Shown here piece by piece: positions 42,627 through 51,833 of a DNA stretch of 64,000 bases (positions are counted from its first letter, which is position 1; the number at the start of each line of letters is the position of its first letter). The position numbers were made by a program, and so were the translations under genes. The notes beneath the pieces were generated by a model. The model had not been told where the DNA came from and did no database searches. It worked only from the letters and a program-made list of their open reading frames with translations. Source of the DNA: an uncultured Anaerolineaceae bacterium (GTDB lineage: Bacteria > Chloroflexota > Anaerolineae > Anaerolineales > UBA11579); assembly GCA_964572455.1 (NCBI GenBank), contig CAZNFL010000007.1, positions 1,672 through 65,671 of the forward strand, written 5' to 3'.

Positions 42627-44252
42627 TCACTCTCTAAATATCCTTACTCGCCGATTGGGCTCTTTGCCGTAGGAATGCGAGACCAGGTTGGATTGCTGGG
42701 CCAAAGCGTGCTGTAGGCGTCGCACGTAAGAAGATGCCGGCGGCAGTTCCACCCAACGCTCGCCGTTGAGCACGGCGTTGATGGCCTGCTGGGTGTTGCG
42801 CATCTGCTCCTCCACGGTGTCGTTCTCCTCGGTTGGGCCGGGAATATCGAAGAGCCCGGAGAGAAAGCGCTCCATCTGCGTGACTGTGTTGGCGCGCAGC
42901 ACGTAGACGGGCATGCCGCGCTGCTCGGCGTCCACGATGGTGCGCTGGCGTTTGCGGTAATAAGAACGCAGAGTGACCAGGACGTCCGCTTCGCTGGCTT
43001 CCTTCACCGGCACGGCCGGCACGCCCAGGCGCTTGGCGGCGTTCACCAGGCGGTTGCGGGCCACCCCGTAGGGGTAAACGCGCACGGGCTGCACGCCGGC
43101 CCCGTTGCGGCGCGGCGGCGGGACCACGACCTCGTCAGGAGGAACAAGGGGCGCCAGGCGGGCATACGGTTCGGGGGCGGAGGCAGCGAGTGGCGCTTCG
43201 CTGCGGCGCGGGCCGCTGGAGCTGCTGCCGCGCGCCGGTTTGCGCGGCTGCTCGGATGCTTTTTTGACCTGGATCTCGCCGGATTCGTCACGGGTGCGGA
43301 TCTCGGGAATCAGCGGATAACCGCGCAGGAGAGAGTCCACAGAGGCGGCCACGTCGCGGTGCACGGCCAGCTGGTCGCGGGTCTGGATCTCGATGAGCAC
43401 ATCGAAGCTGGGCGGGGAGCGGCGCTCGAGCACGGTCTTCTGCGTGCCGCGGCGGCGGGCTTCTTCGTCGGAAAGGGTCACCGATTCGATACCGCCCAAA
43501 AGATCGGAGAGAGTGGGGTTGAGCAGCAAGTTTTCCAGCGTGTTGCCATGAGCGGTGCCGATAAGCTGCACGCCGCGTTCGGCGATGGTGCGGGCCGCCA
43601 TGGCTTCCAGCTCACGGCCGATCTCATCGATGACGATGACCTCGGGGTTGTGATTCTCCACGGCTTCGATCATCACCTCGTGCTGGCGGGAGGGCGTGGC
43701 CACCTGCATGCGGCGGGCGCGGCCCACCGCGGGGTGGGGCACGTCGCCGTCGCCGCCGATCTCGTTGGAGGTGTCGACGATGACGACGCGCTTCAGGTCG
43801 GCGAGGAAACGGGCAGCCTCGCGCAGCAGCGTGGTTTTGCCCACACCGGGGCGGCCCAACAGGAGAAGGCTCTTGCCTTCTTCGATCAGATCCTTAATGA
43901 TGTCGAAGGTGCCGAAGACGGCGCGCCCCACGCGCAGGGTGAGCCCGACCACATCGCCGCGGCGATTGCGGATGCCGGAGATGCGGTGCAAGGTGCGCTC
44001 GATGCCGGCGCGGTTGTCCTCGTCGAAATCGCCGAGATGGCGCACGACGTATTCAATATCCTCGTGGGTGACCTCGCGCTCGACAAGTACAACTTCCTCG
44101 GTGACCATGCGGGCGGTGGGCACGCGCCCAAGATCGAGGATCATTTCCAGCAGGTCGCTGCTGTTGTTGCGCAGGCGCACGGCCGCATCGATATCCTTCG
44201 GCAGCACAGAAAGCAGGGCATCTAGATCATCGGTGATTTGGTGTTTGATCAT
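42627..44252 (-). CDS. SpoIIIAA/Ycf45-like AAA ATPase with C-terminal nucleic-acid-binding (R3H-like) region
   Basis: LLLLGRPGVGKTTLLRE, VIVIDEIG, GVQLIGTAHGN, and a long Pro/Arg-rich linker before the C-terminal domain. Confidence 0.7.
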   Translation of the reverse strand: MIKHQITDDLDALLSVLPKDIDAAVRLRNNSSDLLEMILDLGRVPTARMVTEEVVLVEREVTHEDIEYVVRHLGDFDEDNRAGIERTLHRISGIRNRRGDVVGLTLRVGRAVFGTFDIIKDLIEEGKSLLLLGRPGVGKTTLLREAARFLADLKRVVIVDTSNEIGGDGDVPHPAVGRARRMQVATPSRQHEVMIEAVENHNPEVIVIDEIGRELEAMAARTIAERGVQLIGTAHGNTLENLLLNPTLSDLLGGIESVTLSDEEARRRGTQKTVLERRSPPSFDVLIEIQTRDQLAVHRDVAASVDSLLRGYPLIPEIRTRDESGEIQVKKASEQPRKPARGSSSSGPRRSEAPLAASAPEPYARLAPLVPPDEVVVPPPRRNGAGVQPVRVYPYGVARNRLVNAAKRLGVPAVPVKEASEADVLVTLRSYYRKRQRTIVDAEQRGMPVYVLRANTVTQMERFLSGLFDIPGPTEENDTVEEQMRNTQQAINAVLNGERWVELPPASSYVRRLQHALAQQSNLVSHSYGKEPNRRVRIFRE

Positions 44253-45214
44253 GGCTCCATCACGGGCTCTGAGAATTGCGCCTGCGGCTCAGGCACTTGC
44301 ATCGGGGTGGTAGGCTCGGCGCGGCGAGCGGACGCTGGCACGCGGCGTCCTTCTTCTGCGAGCACGGCTAGGCTGGTGCGGCGGGCCACCACCACCTGGC
44401 GCGGGCCGGCCGCGGCGCCCAAGTCCTCGAGGGCGCGCTGCAGCCAATCTTGATACGAACGCAAGCAGACATAAACCGGGCGGCCGGGGCGCGGCCGCAG
44501 CTGGGCAATCAACTCTGCCATAGCTTTTTCGAAAGGCTCGGCATCCAGGTTAACGAAGGGCAGCACCCAAATGCCGTGTGGCCCGCGGCGCACCTCGGCG
44601 TAGGCGACGATCTCACCGTCTTGGCGCAGCACATAGCCATCCAGCGGCTCCGCGGTTTCCATCTCGATCTGCTGCACTTGCCCGGGCACGAGGGCTTTGC
44701 GCAACAGGTGCACGCCGAAGAGGTCGCGCTCCAGGGCCGGCCGCCAGCCGGCGGATTCAGTTGAACTGCGAAACTTGGTGAGCTTCCACACCTGTTGTCG
44801 GGCAAAAATGCCGAAGCCGTTCTGGCGCAGCGCTTTAAAGGCCGGAGACACTTCCTCCACTTCGGCCACCAGGCCGAAGGCGCCGCGCCCGCCAATATGC
44901 TTGGTCAAGCCATCCAGCAACTCAGGCAGCGCGGGCGAATCCACAGCGGTCGAAGGGGCGAGAAAGAGACAATAGGCCAACGGCGAGCCGGAGGCATGGT
45001 AGGCCTGGGCGAATAGCGGATGGCTGTTTCCCTGAGCCTGGCTGGTGAAGGTGTGGAGGCCGGTAAAGGCGGATAGCGGGGACAGCAAGGCACCCCTTAA
45101 GCTGGCGCCCACCCCGTAGGTGAGCACAATTTGGTTATTTAGAAAAACAGCTTTTTTGGTCAGCTTGCGCAGCACCCCATAATCAGACAATGTAAACGAT
45201 CGTAACACGCGCAT
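44249..45214 (-). CDS. Hypothetical protein (321 aa), translationally coupled to the ATPase
   Basis: Long ORF with native codon usage. Its stop overlaps the downstream start (ATGA). No motif recognised with confidence. Confidence 0.5.
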   Translation of the reverse strand: MRVLRSFTLSDYGVLRKLTKKAVFLNNQIVLTYGVGASLRGALLSPLSAFTGLHTFTSQAQGNSHPLFAQAYHASGSPLAYCLFLAPSTAVDSPALPELLDGLTKHIGGRGAFGLVAEVEEVSPAFKALRQNGFGIFARQQVWKLTKFRSSTESAGWRPALERDLFGVHLLRKALVPGQVQQIEMETAEPLDGYVLRQDGEIVAYAEVRRGPHGIWVLPFVNLDAEPFEKAMAELIAQLRPRPGRPVYVCLRSYQDWLQRALEDLGAAAGPRQVVVARRTSLAVLAEEGRRVPASARRAEPTTPMQVPEPQAQFSEPVMEP

Positions 45215-45316
45215 ATTTTACAACAGCGTCCCAAAAGTTGCGTAAGGGCGGAAACGGGAAATGCGAGATGAGGAAATCAGGCACTGCAGAACCAGGCTAA
45301 TGGAAGACAGCGTATT

Positions 45317-45384
45317 GAGAATTCTTCGGCTCGCCAAGCTCGCCTCAGAATTACACTATAGACGGCTCGCCTCAAGAATGGCAC
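45317..45384. repeat. Inverted-repeat element fragments, variant B-like
   Basis: GAGAATTCTTCGGCTCGCCaagCTCGCCTCAGAATTACAC and GACGGCTCGCCTCAAGAATGGCAC. Confidence 0.45.
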
Positions 45385-45389
45385 AGTTG

Positions 45390-45974
45390 TTAGCTCTCTC
45401 CAGCCAACTTGAGGAAATAACGGTGGAAGCGATCGTCGCCGGTGAGCTCGGGGTGAAAGGCGGTGGCCAGCAGCTTGCCTTCCTGGGCGGCCACTATGCG
45501 CCCATCGGGCAGCGAGGCCAGCGCCTTGGCGTTGCCGGATACCTTTTCGATGAGCGGGGCGCGGATGAAGACAGCGTGCACGGGCGTGTTCTTAGCGTCG
45601 ACTTCTTTGAGGGCAGGCACATCCAGCTCGGCCTCGAAGCTTTCCACCTGGCGGCCGAAGGCGTTGCGCTCGACGGTGATGTCCATCAGGCTCAACAAGG
45701 GCTGCTCACGGAGTGCGTCTTTGGAGAGCAAAATGGCGCCGGCGCAAGTGCCCCAGATGGCCTTCTTTTTTCCGAACTTGCGCAGCGGCTCAATGAGGCC
45801 AAAGTCCACGGCCAACTTACCGATGGTGGTGGATTCACCGCCGGGGATGATTAGGCCGTCCAGGCCCTGCAGGTCCTCGGGCAGGCGCACCTCGCGGCCC
45901 TGCACACCCAGCCGCGAGAGCATGGCCAGGTGCTCGGCAAAATCACCTTGGAGGGCAAGGACGCCAATTTTCAT
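45390..45974 (-). CDS. pdxT: Pyridoxal 5'-phosphate synthase glutaminase subunit
   Basis: MKIGVLALQGDF.EH, GGESTT, WGTCAG (catalytic Cys), FHPEL. Confidence 0.93.
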   Translation of the reverse strand: MKIGVLALQGDFAEHLAMLSRLGVQGREVRLPEDLQGLDGLIIPGGESTTIGKLAVDFGLIEPLRKFGKKKAIWGTCAGAILLSKDALREQPLLSLMDITVERNAFGRQVESFEAELDVPALKEVDAKNTPVHAVFIRAPLIEKVSGNAKALASLPDGRIVAAQEGKLLATAFHPELTGDDRFHRYFLKLAGES

Positions 45975-45995
45975 TCGAGATCGAAAGGCGAACTA

Positions 45996-46883
45996 CTACC
46001 AACCGCGTTGCGCGATCAGATCTTCTTTCGGGATATCAGTCACCTGGCGGCCGACCATGGGCTCGCCCAGGTTGCGGCTGACGTCGGCCAGGATGGTGGG
46101 ATTGTTGAAATGGGTGGTGGCCTTGACGATGGCTTCGGCGCGGCGGGCCGGGTCTCCGGATTTGAAGATGGCGGAGCCCACGAACACGCCGTCGACGCCG
46201 AGTTGCATCATCAACGCCGCATCCGCAGGAGTGGCCAGGCCGCCGGCGGCAAAGTTCACCACGGGCAGGCGGCCGAGCTCTTTGGTTTCCTTCACTAATT
46301 CATACGGCGCGCCCAGTTCTTTGGCGAAGGCCATCAACTCTTCATCGGGCATAGTTTGCAAACGGCGAATGTCGCCCAGCACAGAGCGGGCATGGCGCAC
46401 GGCTTCCACCACGTCGCCGGTGCCGGCTTCGCCCTTGGTGCGGATCATGGCGGCGCCTTCGCCGATGCGGCGCAGGGCTTCGCCCAGGTTGCGGCAGCCG
46501 CACACGAAAGGGATCTTGAAATCATGCTTGTTGATGTGATGGGCCTCGTCGGCCGGGGTGAGCACTTCGGATTCGTCGACGTAGTCGACGCCGAGGGCTT
46601 CGAGGATCTGCGCTTCGACGAAATGGCCAATGCGCACCTTGGCCATCACCGGGATGGTGACGGAGTCCATGATCTCTTCGATGAGGCCGGGGTCGCTCAT
46701 GCGCGCCACGCCGCCTTGGGCGCGGATGTCGGCCGGCACTCGTTCGAGGGCCATCACGGCCGCGGCGCCGGCGTTCTCGGCGATCTTGGCGTGTTCGGCG
46801 GTGACCACGTCCATGATCACGCCGCCCTTAAGCATTTGGGCCAGGCCCTTTTTTACGGCAAAAGTGGCTACTTGCTGTTCCAT
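45996..46883 (-). CDS. pdxS: Pyridoxal 5'-phosphate synthase lyase subunit
   Basis: [47 protein letters not shown]. Confidence 0.95.
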   Translation of the reverse strand: MEQQVATFAVKKGLAQMLKGGVIMDVVTAEHAKIAENAGAAAVMALERVPADIRAQGGVARMSDPGLIEEIMDSVTIPVMAKVRIGHFVEAQILEALGVDYVDESEVLTPADEAHHINKHDFKIPFVCGCRNLGEALRRIGEGAAMIRTKGEAGTGDVVEAVRHARSVLGDIRRLQTMPDEELMAFAKELGAPYELVKETKELGRLPVVNFAAGGLATPADAALMMQLGVDGVFVGSAIFKSGDPARRAEAIVKATTHFNNPTILADVSRNLGEPMVGRQVTDIPKEDLIAQRGW

Positions 46884-47371
46884 GAGAGGCTCCCGGAAGC
46901 AAAATTTAGGTAGAAAATCGATTCTACCATGCTGAAAAATGGATAAACCGTGGTAGGTATGTACGTATTATCGATCTAGCGATTTGGTAACTATGGTAGC
47001 TCTGGTAGTTTCTCCGGCTCAGGCAATAAGTTGTAATATCTGTCTAGGTGGGAGGGGGGTCGATACACTTTGACAAACCCCCGGTATGCGTAGAAGGTTT
47101 TTCGCGGCGCGAGACATGGAATATTAAATAGCATGGGACAAGCGGGCCGGGGGAAAAGAGCCAATGATGTCAAGGCGTTCTAAGGATTGGCTAACGGGAA
47201 GAACTAAGTCCGGGTAGATCTGCAGAAGATCGGTAATTTGGAATATGAGGCTATAAGAATTCCTCGCTTTAGTGATTCTCTTGCTGGTAAGGACTTCGGT
47301 ATGCCGCACGGAATGACAAAAAAGATGAATATTCTAGTACTAGAGTATTAGTTTCCCCTCAAAGATAGGGG

Positions 47372-47928
47372 CTATTTTCCCGGCAGAACTTTGTGCATGA
47401 CGTGCCTACGTTTGCCTGCGCGGCCGGTTTCGGTGAAGCCGGCTTTCTTGAAGCTGGAAACGCGACCCATGAAGCGATAGCTGGGGGAATCGGGATCGAC
47501 GGGATAGGCTTCGACGACGCGGGCGCCTTTCTTCTGCGCGGTTTTCAGCGCGGCCTGCAGCAAATGGTCATCACACCTTGCTGGCGCAAAGAGCGCGGGA
47601 TGAAGAAGCACACCAGCGACCAGACATTTTCTTCGGCGACGCCAGCGTAGTCAGTGCCGCCCAGCGGCAGATACGTGGAGCGCGGGGCAATCGAAACCCA
47701 GGCTACCGGCTGCTTGCCTTCGTAGGCCAGGATGCCCACAGGCGTGCCCGCGGAAACTAAACGCTTCATGGCTCGCTTGCGGACCGCGTTGCTAGCTTTC
47801 GTGCGATCTTCGGGCAAAGGCCGCCAGGCCATGCACCAACAATACGAAGGACAGCCCTTGCTCTCGAAGAGCTGCACGAAATCATCCCAATTCGTTCGAT
47901 CAACTTCGCGGAATCTTTTAATTGCCAT
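47372..47928 (-). pseudogene. GNAT-type acetyltransferase interrupted by a 1-nt frameshift
   Basis: ORF 47545..47928 ends ..FFIPRSLRQQGVMTICCRPR*. ORF 47372..47611 continues in another frame with ..DDHLLQAALKTAQKKGARVVEAYPVD... Together they give a normal GNAT motif A. The junction is near 47561-47580. Confidence 0.65.
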
Positions 47929-47934
47929 AAAGAA

Positions 47935-48492
47935 TCATTTGTGATAATGAAGCGCAATAACTCCCGAACGGAAAGTTTTCGATCCGACAAGCTTTAGTGA
48001 ATGTTCCCCGCCTGATTCGAACAACCGGGGACCTTTCCCCGCAATGATCGGGTGTACGACAAAATGATACTCATCGATAAGGTTCCATTGTGCGACTTGC
48101 GATGCAATGTTCAATCCGCCAATGAAAATATTTTTCCCTGGCTGTTGTTTTAACTTCAGAATTTCTTCCCGTAGGTTTGAGCTCAGAAGTATCGTGTTGT
48201 TCCACTCAACGCTTTTCAGCGTCGTTGAAAAGACGATCTTCGCTATCGAATCGTACGACCGTGCAAATTCATTTACCGTTTTGGTCTCCGATTGATTCAC
48301 TGCGACATCGTGCCAGTACGGATACATCAGTTGATAGGTGTTGCGTCCAAAAATTTCAATGTCTGCATCTCGCAAGAGCCCTGTGAAATACTCGTGCATT
48401 TCGTCGTCAGCGAGCATCGTTTCATGGCCGCAGTAACCGTCTATCGTGATATTTATTGCAAAGACCACTTTTCTCATTTGTTCTTCTGACAT
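47935..48492 (-). CDS. Dihydrofolate-reductase-like (RibD C-terminal domain) family protein
   Basis: KVVFAINITIDGY, IFGRNTYQL, NIFIGGLNIASQ; AT-rich. Confidence 0.75.
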   Translation of the reverse strand: MSEEQMRKVVFAINITIDGYCGHETMLADDEMHEYFTGLLRDADIEIFGRNTYQLMYPYWHDVAVNQSETKTVNEFARSYDSIAKIVFSTTLKSVEWNNTILLSSNLREEILKLKQQPGKNIFIGGLNIASQVAQWNLIDEYHFVVHPIIAGKGPRLFESGGEHSLKLVGSKTFRSGVIALHYHK

Positions 48493-48714
48493 TGTTATCC
48501 TTTATAAATCGAAAGAAAGAGTGCCAACGCTCAAACCAGATTTTTTGCTTTATGACTCCTGCTTTATGCGGAATCCGAAAAGCGGGACTTCACTTCGCTC
48601 CTTCCCAACAATCCGTAGGCAGTAAGATTTTTCAGACGACTTACACCACTGCTTTTTTCTATCTACCTCTGGTGGGAAGGTTTCTTAGAAAGGGATTTCT
48701 TGGAAACCGTTTTC

Positions 48715-49575
48715 TCAGGCAAATTTATAGCTAAGTATCTTGTAGACCAGCTTGGCCGCCAGGAAATCTGGCGCCTTGTTGTGCGCGCTGGGGCTGAGCT
48801 CCACTAGGTCGCAGCCGACCAGGCGGCGGGCCTTGGTCACTTCACGCAATAGCTGGAGCACTTGATACCAGGTTAGGCCGCCGGGCTCCGGGGTGCCGGT
48901 GGAGGGCATGATGGCCGGGTCGAAGACGTCCAGGTCCAAGGTGAGGTAGACGTTCGGCTGCAGCAGCTTGACCACGTCCTTGATCCAATCCATGGAGTGG
49001 AAGATGTTTTCGGCGTAGAAGACCTTTTTCTTGTCCAAGTATTGCAGTTCGGAAACATCCAGGCTGCGGATGCCCACGGAGACGATGTCGTCGTTCAGCT
49101 CCGAGATGCGGCGCAAGGTGCAGGCGTGGCTGAAGGGATCGCCCTCGAACTCCTCGCGGCGATCGGTATGCGCGTCCAGGTGCAGGATGCTCAGTTTCGG
49201 GAATTTATCGATGTGAGCCTGGGCCGCACCGTAGGAGATGGAATGTTCGCCGCCCAGGGTGACCACGAATTTGCCGGCAGCCAGGTGGGCGGCCACACAT
49301 TCGTGGACCTTCTTATTGAGTTCCTCTGTGCTTTTGGCTTCCACGTCCTTATCGGTGAAGATGCCGCGCAGGTAAACCTCGCTCTTAGTCTCGATATCGT
49401 AGAGTTCGACGTAGCCGGAGGCTTCGATAAGCGCCTTGGGGCCGCGGCGGGTGCCGGGCAACCAGGAGGTCGTTAAATCGAAAGGCACAGGTACGACAAC
49501 GGCCTGTGCCTTTTTGTACTCAGTAAACTTGGCAGGCAAGCCCCCGAAGTTATACGGGGGGTTCTCGTGGCTCAT
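48715..49575 (-). CDS. speB: Agmatinase (arginase/ureohydrolase family)
   Basis: [27 protein letters not shown] Mn-binding motifs. The ATG at 49575 overlaps the pdaD stop as ATGA. Confidence 0.88.
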   Translation of the reverse strand: MSHENPPYNFGGLPAKFTEYKKAQAVVVPVPFDLTTSWLPGTRRGPKALIEASGYVELYDIETKSEVYLRGIFTDKDVEAKSTEELNKKVHECVAAHLAAGKFVVTLGGEHSISYGAAQAHIDKFPKLSILHLDAHTDRREEFEGDPFSHACTLRRISELNDDIVSVGIRSLDVSELQYLDKKKVFYAENIFHSMDWIKDVVKLLQPNVYLTLDLDVFDPAIMPSTGTPEPGGLTWYQVLQLLREVTKARRLVGCDLVELSPSAHNKAPDFLAAKLVYKILSYKFA

Positions 49576-50120
49576 TCGGCTTCGATAAGCACCGCGGCCG
49601 CCAGCACCGTAGTCCACAGGCCGTCCTTGTTCGCCTCGGCGGATTGCACGATGTTGCGTGTCTTGAAAATGTGCGGATTGGCGTTGTAGATCTGCTTGCG
49701 CTCGTCCCAGGCCAGGTTGGGATCGAATTCGATGCCCATGGTGGTGGCCAGCATAGTGGCCGCCAGGTCTTCGGCATAGTCGCCGCTTTTTTCCATGGTT
49801 TCCCCATGGGCATGGTGCTCGGATAGATAGCCGTAGCGGCTGCTGTCTTGCGGCACGGCCACACCAATGGCGGCGGATACCAGGCGGTTGGGCTCATTGG
49901 TCTCGCTGCGGGCCATGACGCAATACACGATCTCGCCGGGGCTAAGGTGCTTGAGGCCTTCGTCCACTGTCACCGTTTTGCAGTTGGGCGGAAAGATGCT
50001 GGAAACGTAGACCAAGTTGAACTTTTCGATCTTGGCATCCCGCAGGGCGGCTTCGAACGAGGCCAGGCGGTCTTTGTGGACCCCGGCGCCTTTGGTGAAA
50101 AACATCTTGTTTGGGATCAA
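49572..50120 (-). CDS. pdaD: Pyruvoyl-dependent arginine decarboxylase
   Basis: [33 protein letters not shown], including the Ser-Ser self-cleavage site. Confidence 0.85.
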   Translation of the reverse strand: MIPNKMFFTKGAGVHKDRLASFEAALRDAKIEKFNLVYVSSIFPPNCKTVTVDEGLKHLSPGEIVYCVMARSETNEPNRLVSAAIGVAVPQDSSRYGYLSEHHAHGETMEKSGDYAEDLAATMLATTMGIEFDPNLAWDERKQIYNANPHIFKTRNIVQSAEANKDGLWTTVLAAAVLIEAE

Positions 50121-51148
50121 TTCTTACGTCCTTCTAGGAAGGCGTTGAAGTTTTTGGCGGTGCGGGCCTTCCAAGACATCTGATGATAGGCATAACTGGC
50201 CAAAAGCGGGAAAGCTAGCGTAGCTTCGGCAAACACCATCTGCTCGGCGCCCTGGTCCACCTTGCCCCAGGAGTGCGCCTCCTTTAATGTAGAGCCGGAA
50301 AGGCCGCCATCACGCTCGTCCGCCACGGTGATCTGGATGGCGTACTTGTGCATGTCGACTTCGGCGCCCAGGATCTCGGCGGCCACGGTGGTGTCCTGCG
50401 CAAAGTTCTTAGGCACCCCGCCGCCGATCATCAGCAGGCCGGTGGTCTTGGCTTCGATCTTGATCTTGGTGAGTTCAAGGAAATCCTTGGCCGAGTCGAT
50501 CGAGACGGTCGGTTTGTCCCCGGCGTGGAACTGGTGCTCTATCAGGCCAAAGCCGGCGCTAGAATCGGAGAAGGCGGGCACGAAGATGGGCACGCCTTTT
50601 TCGTAGGCGCGGCGCACCACGGAGCCCCCGCCCTTTTTGTTGTCGACCAAATATTTGCCCATATGCCAGATGAACTCACGTGAGGAATAGGGCCGGGGCG
50701 GCAGGCTGTCGGCGATGTCGCGGGTCGTATCGTCGCAGATACGCAGCTCGTCCTCGTCGATGTAGGTGTCGTAGATGCGGTCGATGTGCTGGTTCATCAG
50801 CTCGTCATCGTCGGCGTGAGGGGAGCCGATGTAGTGCTTGAAGCCGAGGCCTTCGAAGAAATCCTGGTCCACGATGATGGCGCCGGTGGATACGATGGCG
50901 TCCAGCATGTTATTGTCCACCAGGTCGTAGATCACCTTCTTGAGGCCGGCGCTAATCAGCGAGCCTGCCAGGCAGAGGATGACGGCGCACTGGGTGTCTT
51001 TGAGCATCTGGTCGTAGATCAGCGAGGCGCGGGCCAGATTGCGCGCCTGAAAAGCCATCATCTCGAATTGCTGCATCAGAGGGGTAGCGTCGAAGGACTT
51101 GATATCGATGTGTTGTACTTCCGTGTGGAGATGGTCTTTCGTTGGCAT
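50117..51148 (-). CDS. Deoxyhypusine synthase-like protein
   Basis: 343 aa; ...[10 protein letters not shown]..., ...[10 protein letters not shown]... fit the DHS fold family. It overlaps pdaD by 4 nt. Confidence 0.8.
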   Translation of the reverse strand: MPTKDHLHTEVQHIDIKSFDATPLMQQFEMMAFQARNLARASLIYDQMLKDTQCAVILCLAGSLISAGLKKVIYDLVDNNMLDAIVSTGAIIVDQDFFEGLGFKHYIGSPHADDDELMNQHIDRIYDTYIDEDELRICDDTTRDIADSLPPRPYSSREFIWHMGKYLVDNKKGGGSVVRRAYEKGVPIFVPAFSDSSAGFGLIEHQFHAGDKPTVSIDSAKDFLELTKIKIEAKTTGLLMIGGGVPKNFAQDTTVAAEILGAEVDMHKYAIQITVADERDGGLSGSTLKEAHSWGKVDQGAEQMVFAEATLAFPLLASYAYHQMSWKARTAKNFNAFLEGRKN

Positions 51149-51154
51149 ACGCGC

Positions 51155-51160
51155 ATTATA
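51155..51160 (-). promoter_or_regulatory. TATAAT -10 box 6 nt upstream of the DHS-like ATG (leaderless-type)
   Basis: Minus strand reads TATAAT-GCGCGT-ATG. Confidence 0.45.
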
Positions 51161-51272
51161 ACGAGAAATGTGCCGCCGAGGTTATTGAGGAAATAATTGA
51201 TTGCTTCGTGGCGGCTGGGCAGAAAGTACGAGATTGGGGAAACAGACGAGGGGTTTGGTACCGACGAGCAAC

Positions 51273-51310
51273 TTATCGATTAATCGACTAATCGATTGGT
51301 TGAAATCGAG
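51273..51310. repeat. TTAATC-type array
   Basis: TTATCgaTTAATCgacTAATCgattggttgAAATCg. Confidence 0.5.
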
Positions 51311-51332
51311 GCCCTTTCCCTCAGCGACTGAC

Positions 51333-51361
51333 TTGACAAATGCGTCCATTTGTAATACAAT
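51333..51361 (+). promoter_or_regulatory. Sigma70-type promoter of the GntR operon
   Basis: TTGACA (51333-51338), 17-nt spacer, TACAAT (51356-51361). Confidence 0.6.
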
Positions 51362-51401
51362 CGTACACAGATACAATCATACAAAGGCACAATGATACAA
51401 T

Positions 51402-51821
51402 ATGAAGGAGGTTATGAAAGTTGAAGTCGACTTGACCGCCCACCGCCCCGTGTATATGCAGATCATGGAGCAGGTGAAGCGCGCCATCGCCACCGGCAGC
51501 CTGAAGCCGGGCGACCAGCTGCCTACGGTGCGGCAGATGGCCGCCGACCTGCGGGTGAACTTCAACACGGTGGCCCGGACTTACCGCCTGCTGGACGAGG
51601 AAGGCGTGATTTCCACTCAGCATGGCCGCGGCACCTACATCCTGAGCCCGTCCTCGTCCAGGGACGCTAAACGCTCCCGCCAGCAGCAGCTCGCCTTGCT
51701 GACCGAGCATTATGTGGAGGAGGCGGAAAAACTCGGTTTCACGCTCAAAGAGGTCCGAGCGCTGGTGAAAGAGCAACTGAAGATCTGGGAAGAAGAACGA
51801 AAAAGAAAGTCTGCTTCGTAA
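51402..51821 (+). CDS. GntR-family transcriptional regulator, YtrA-like (short C-terminus)
   Basis: GDQLPTVRQMAADLRVNFNTVARTYRLLDEEGVISTQHGRGTYI winged helix. The start could be ATG 51402 or 51414. Confidence 0.85.
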   Translation: MKEVMKVEVDLTAHRPVYMQIMEQVKRAIATGSLKPGDQLPTVRQMAADLRVNFNTVARTYRLLDEEGVISTQHGRGTYILSPSSSRDAKRSRQQQLALLTEHYVEEAEKLGFTLKEVRALVKEQLKIWEEERKRKSAS

Positions 51822-51833
51822 AAGGTAAAGGAG

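Noticed and set aside
45463-46539. Long antisense 'shadow' ORFs in high-GC genes (this one; also 14017..15162, 43359..44225, 54632..55543, 6201..7073 and others)
   Set aside because: They lie opposite genes with strong family motifs (pdxS/pdxT, nucleotidyltransferase, ATPase, ABC permease, dnaN). Their translations are Arg/Ala/Ser/Pro-rich, as is typical of GC-rich antisense frames.
47206-47214. AAGTCCGGG, reminiscent of the GGAAAGUCCGGGC core of RNase P RNA
   Set aside because: The surrounding ~400 bp lacks the other conserved RNase P blocks and helices, and the region is AT-rich. I treat it as chance.
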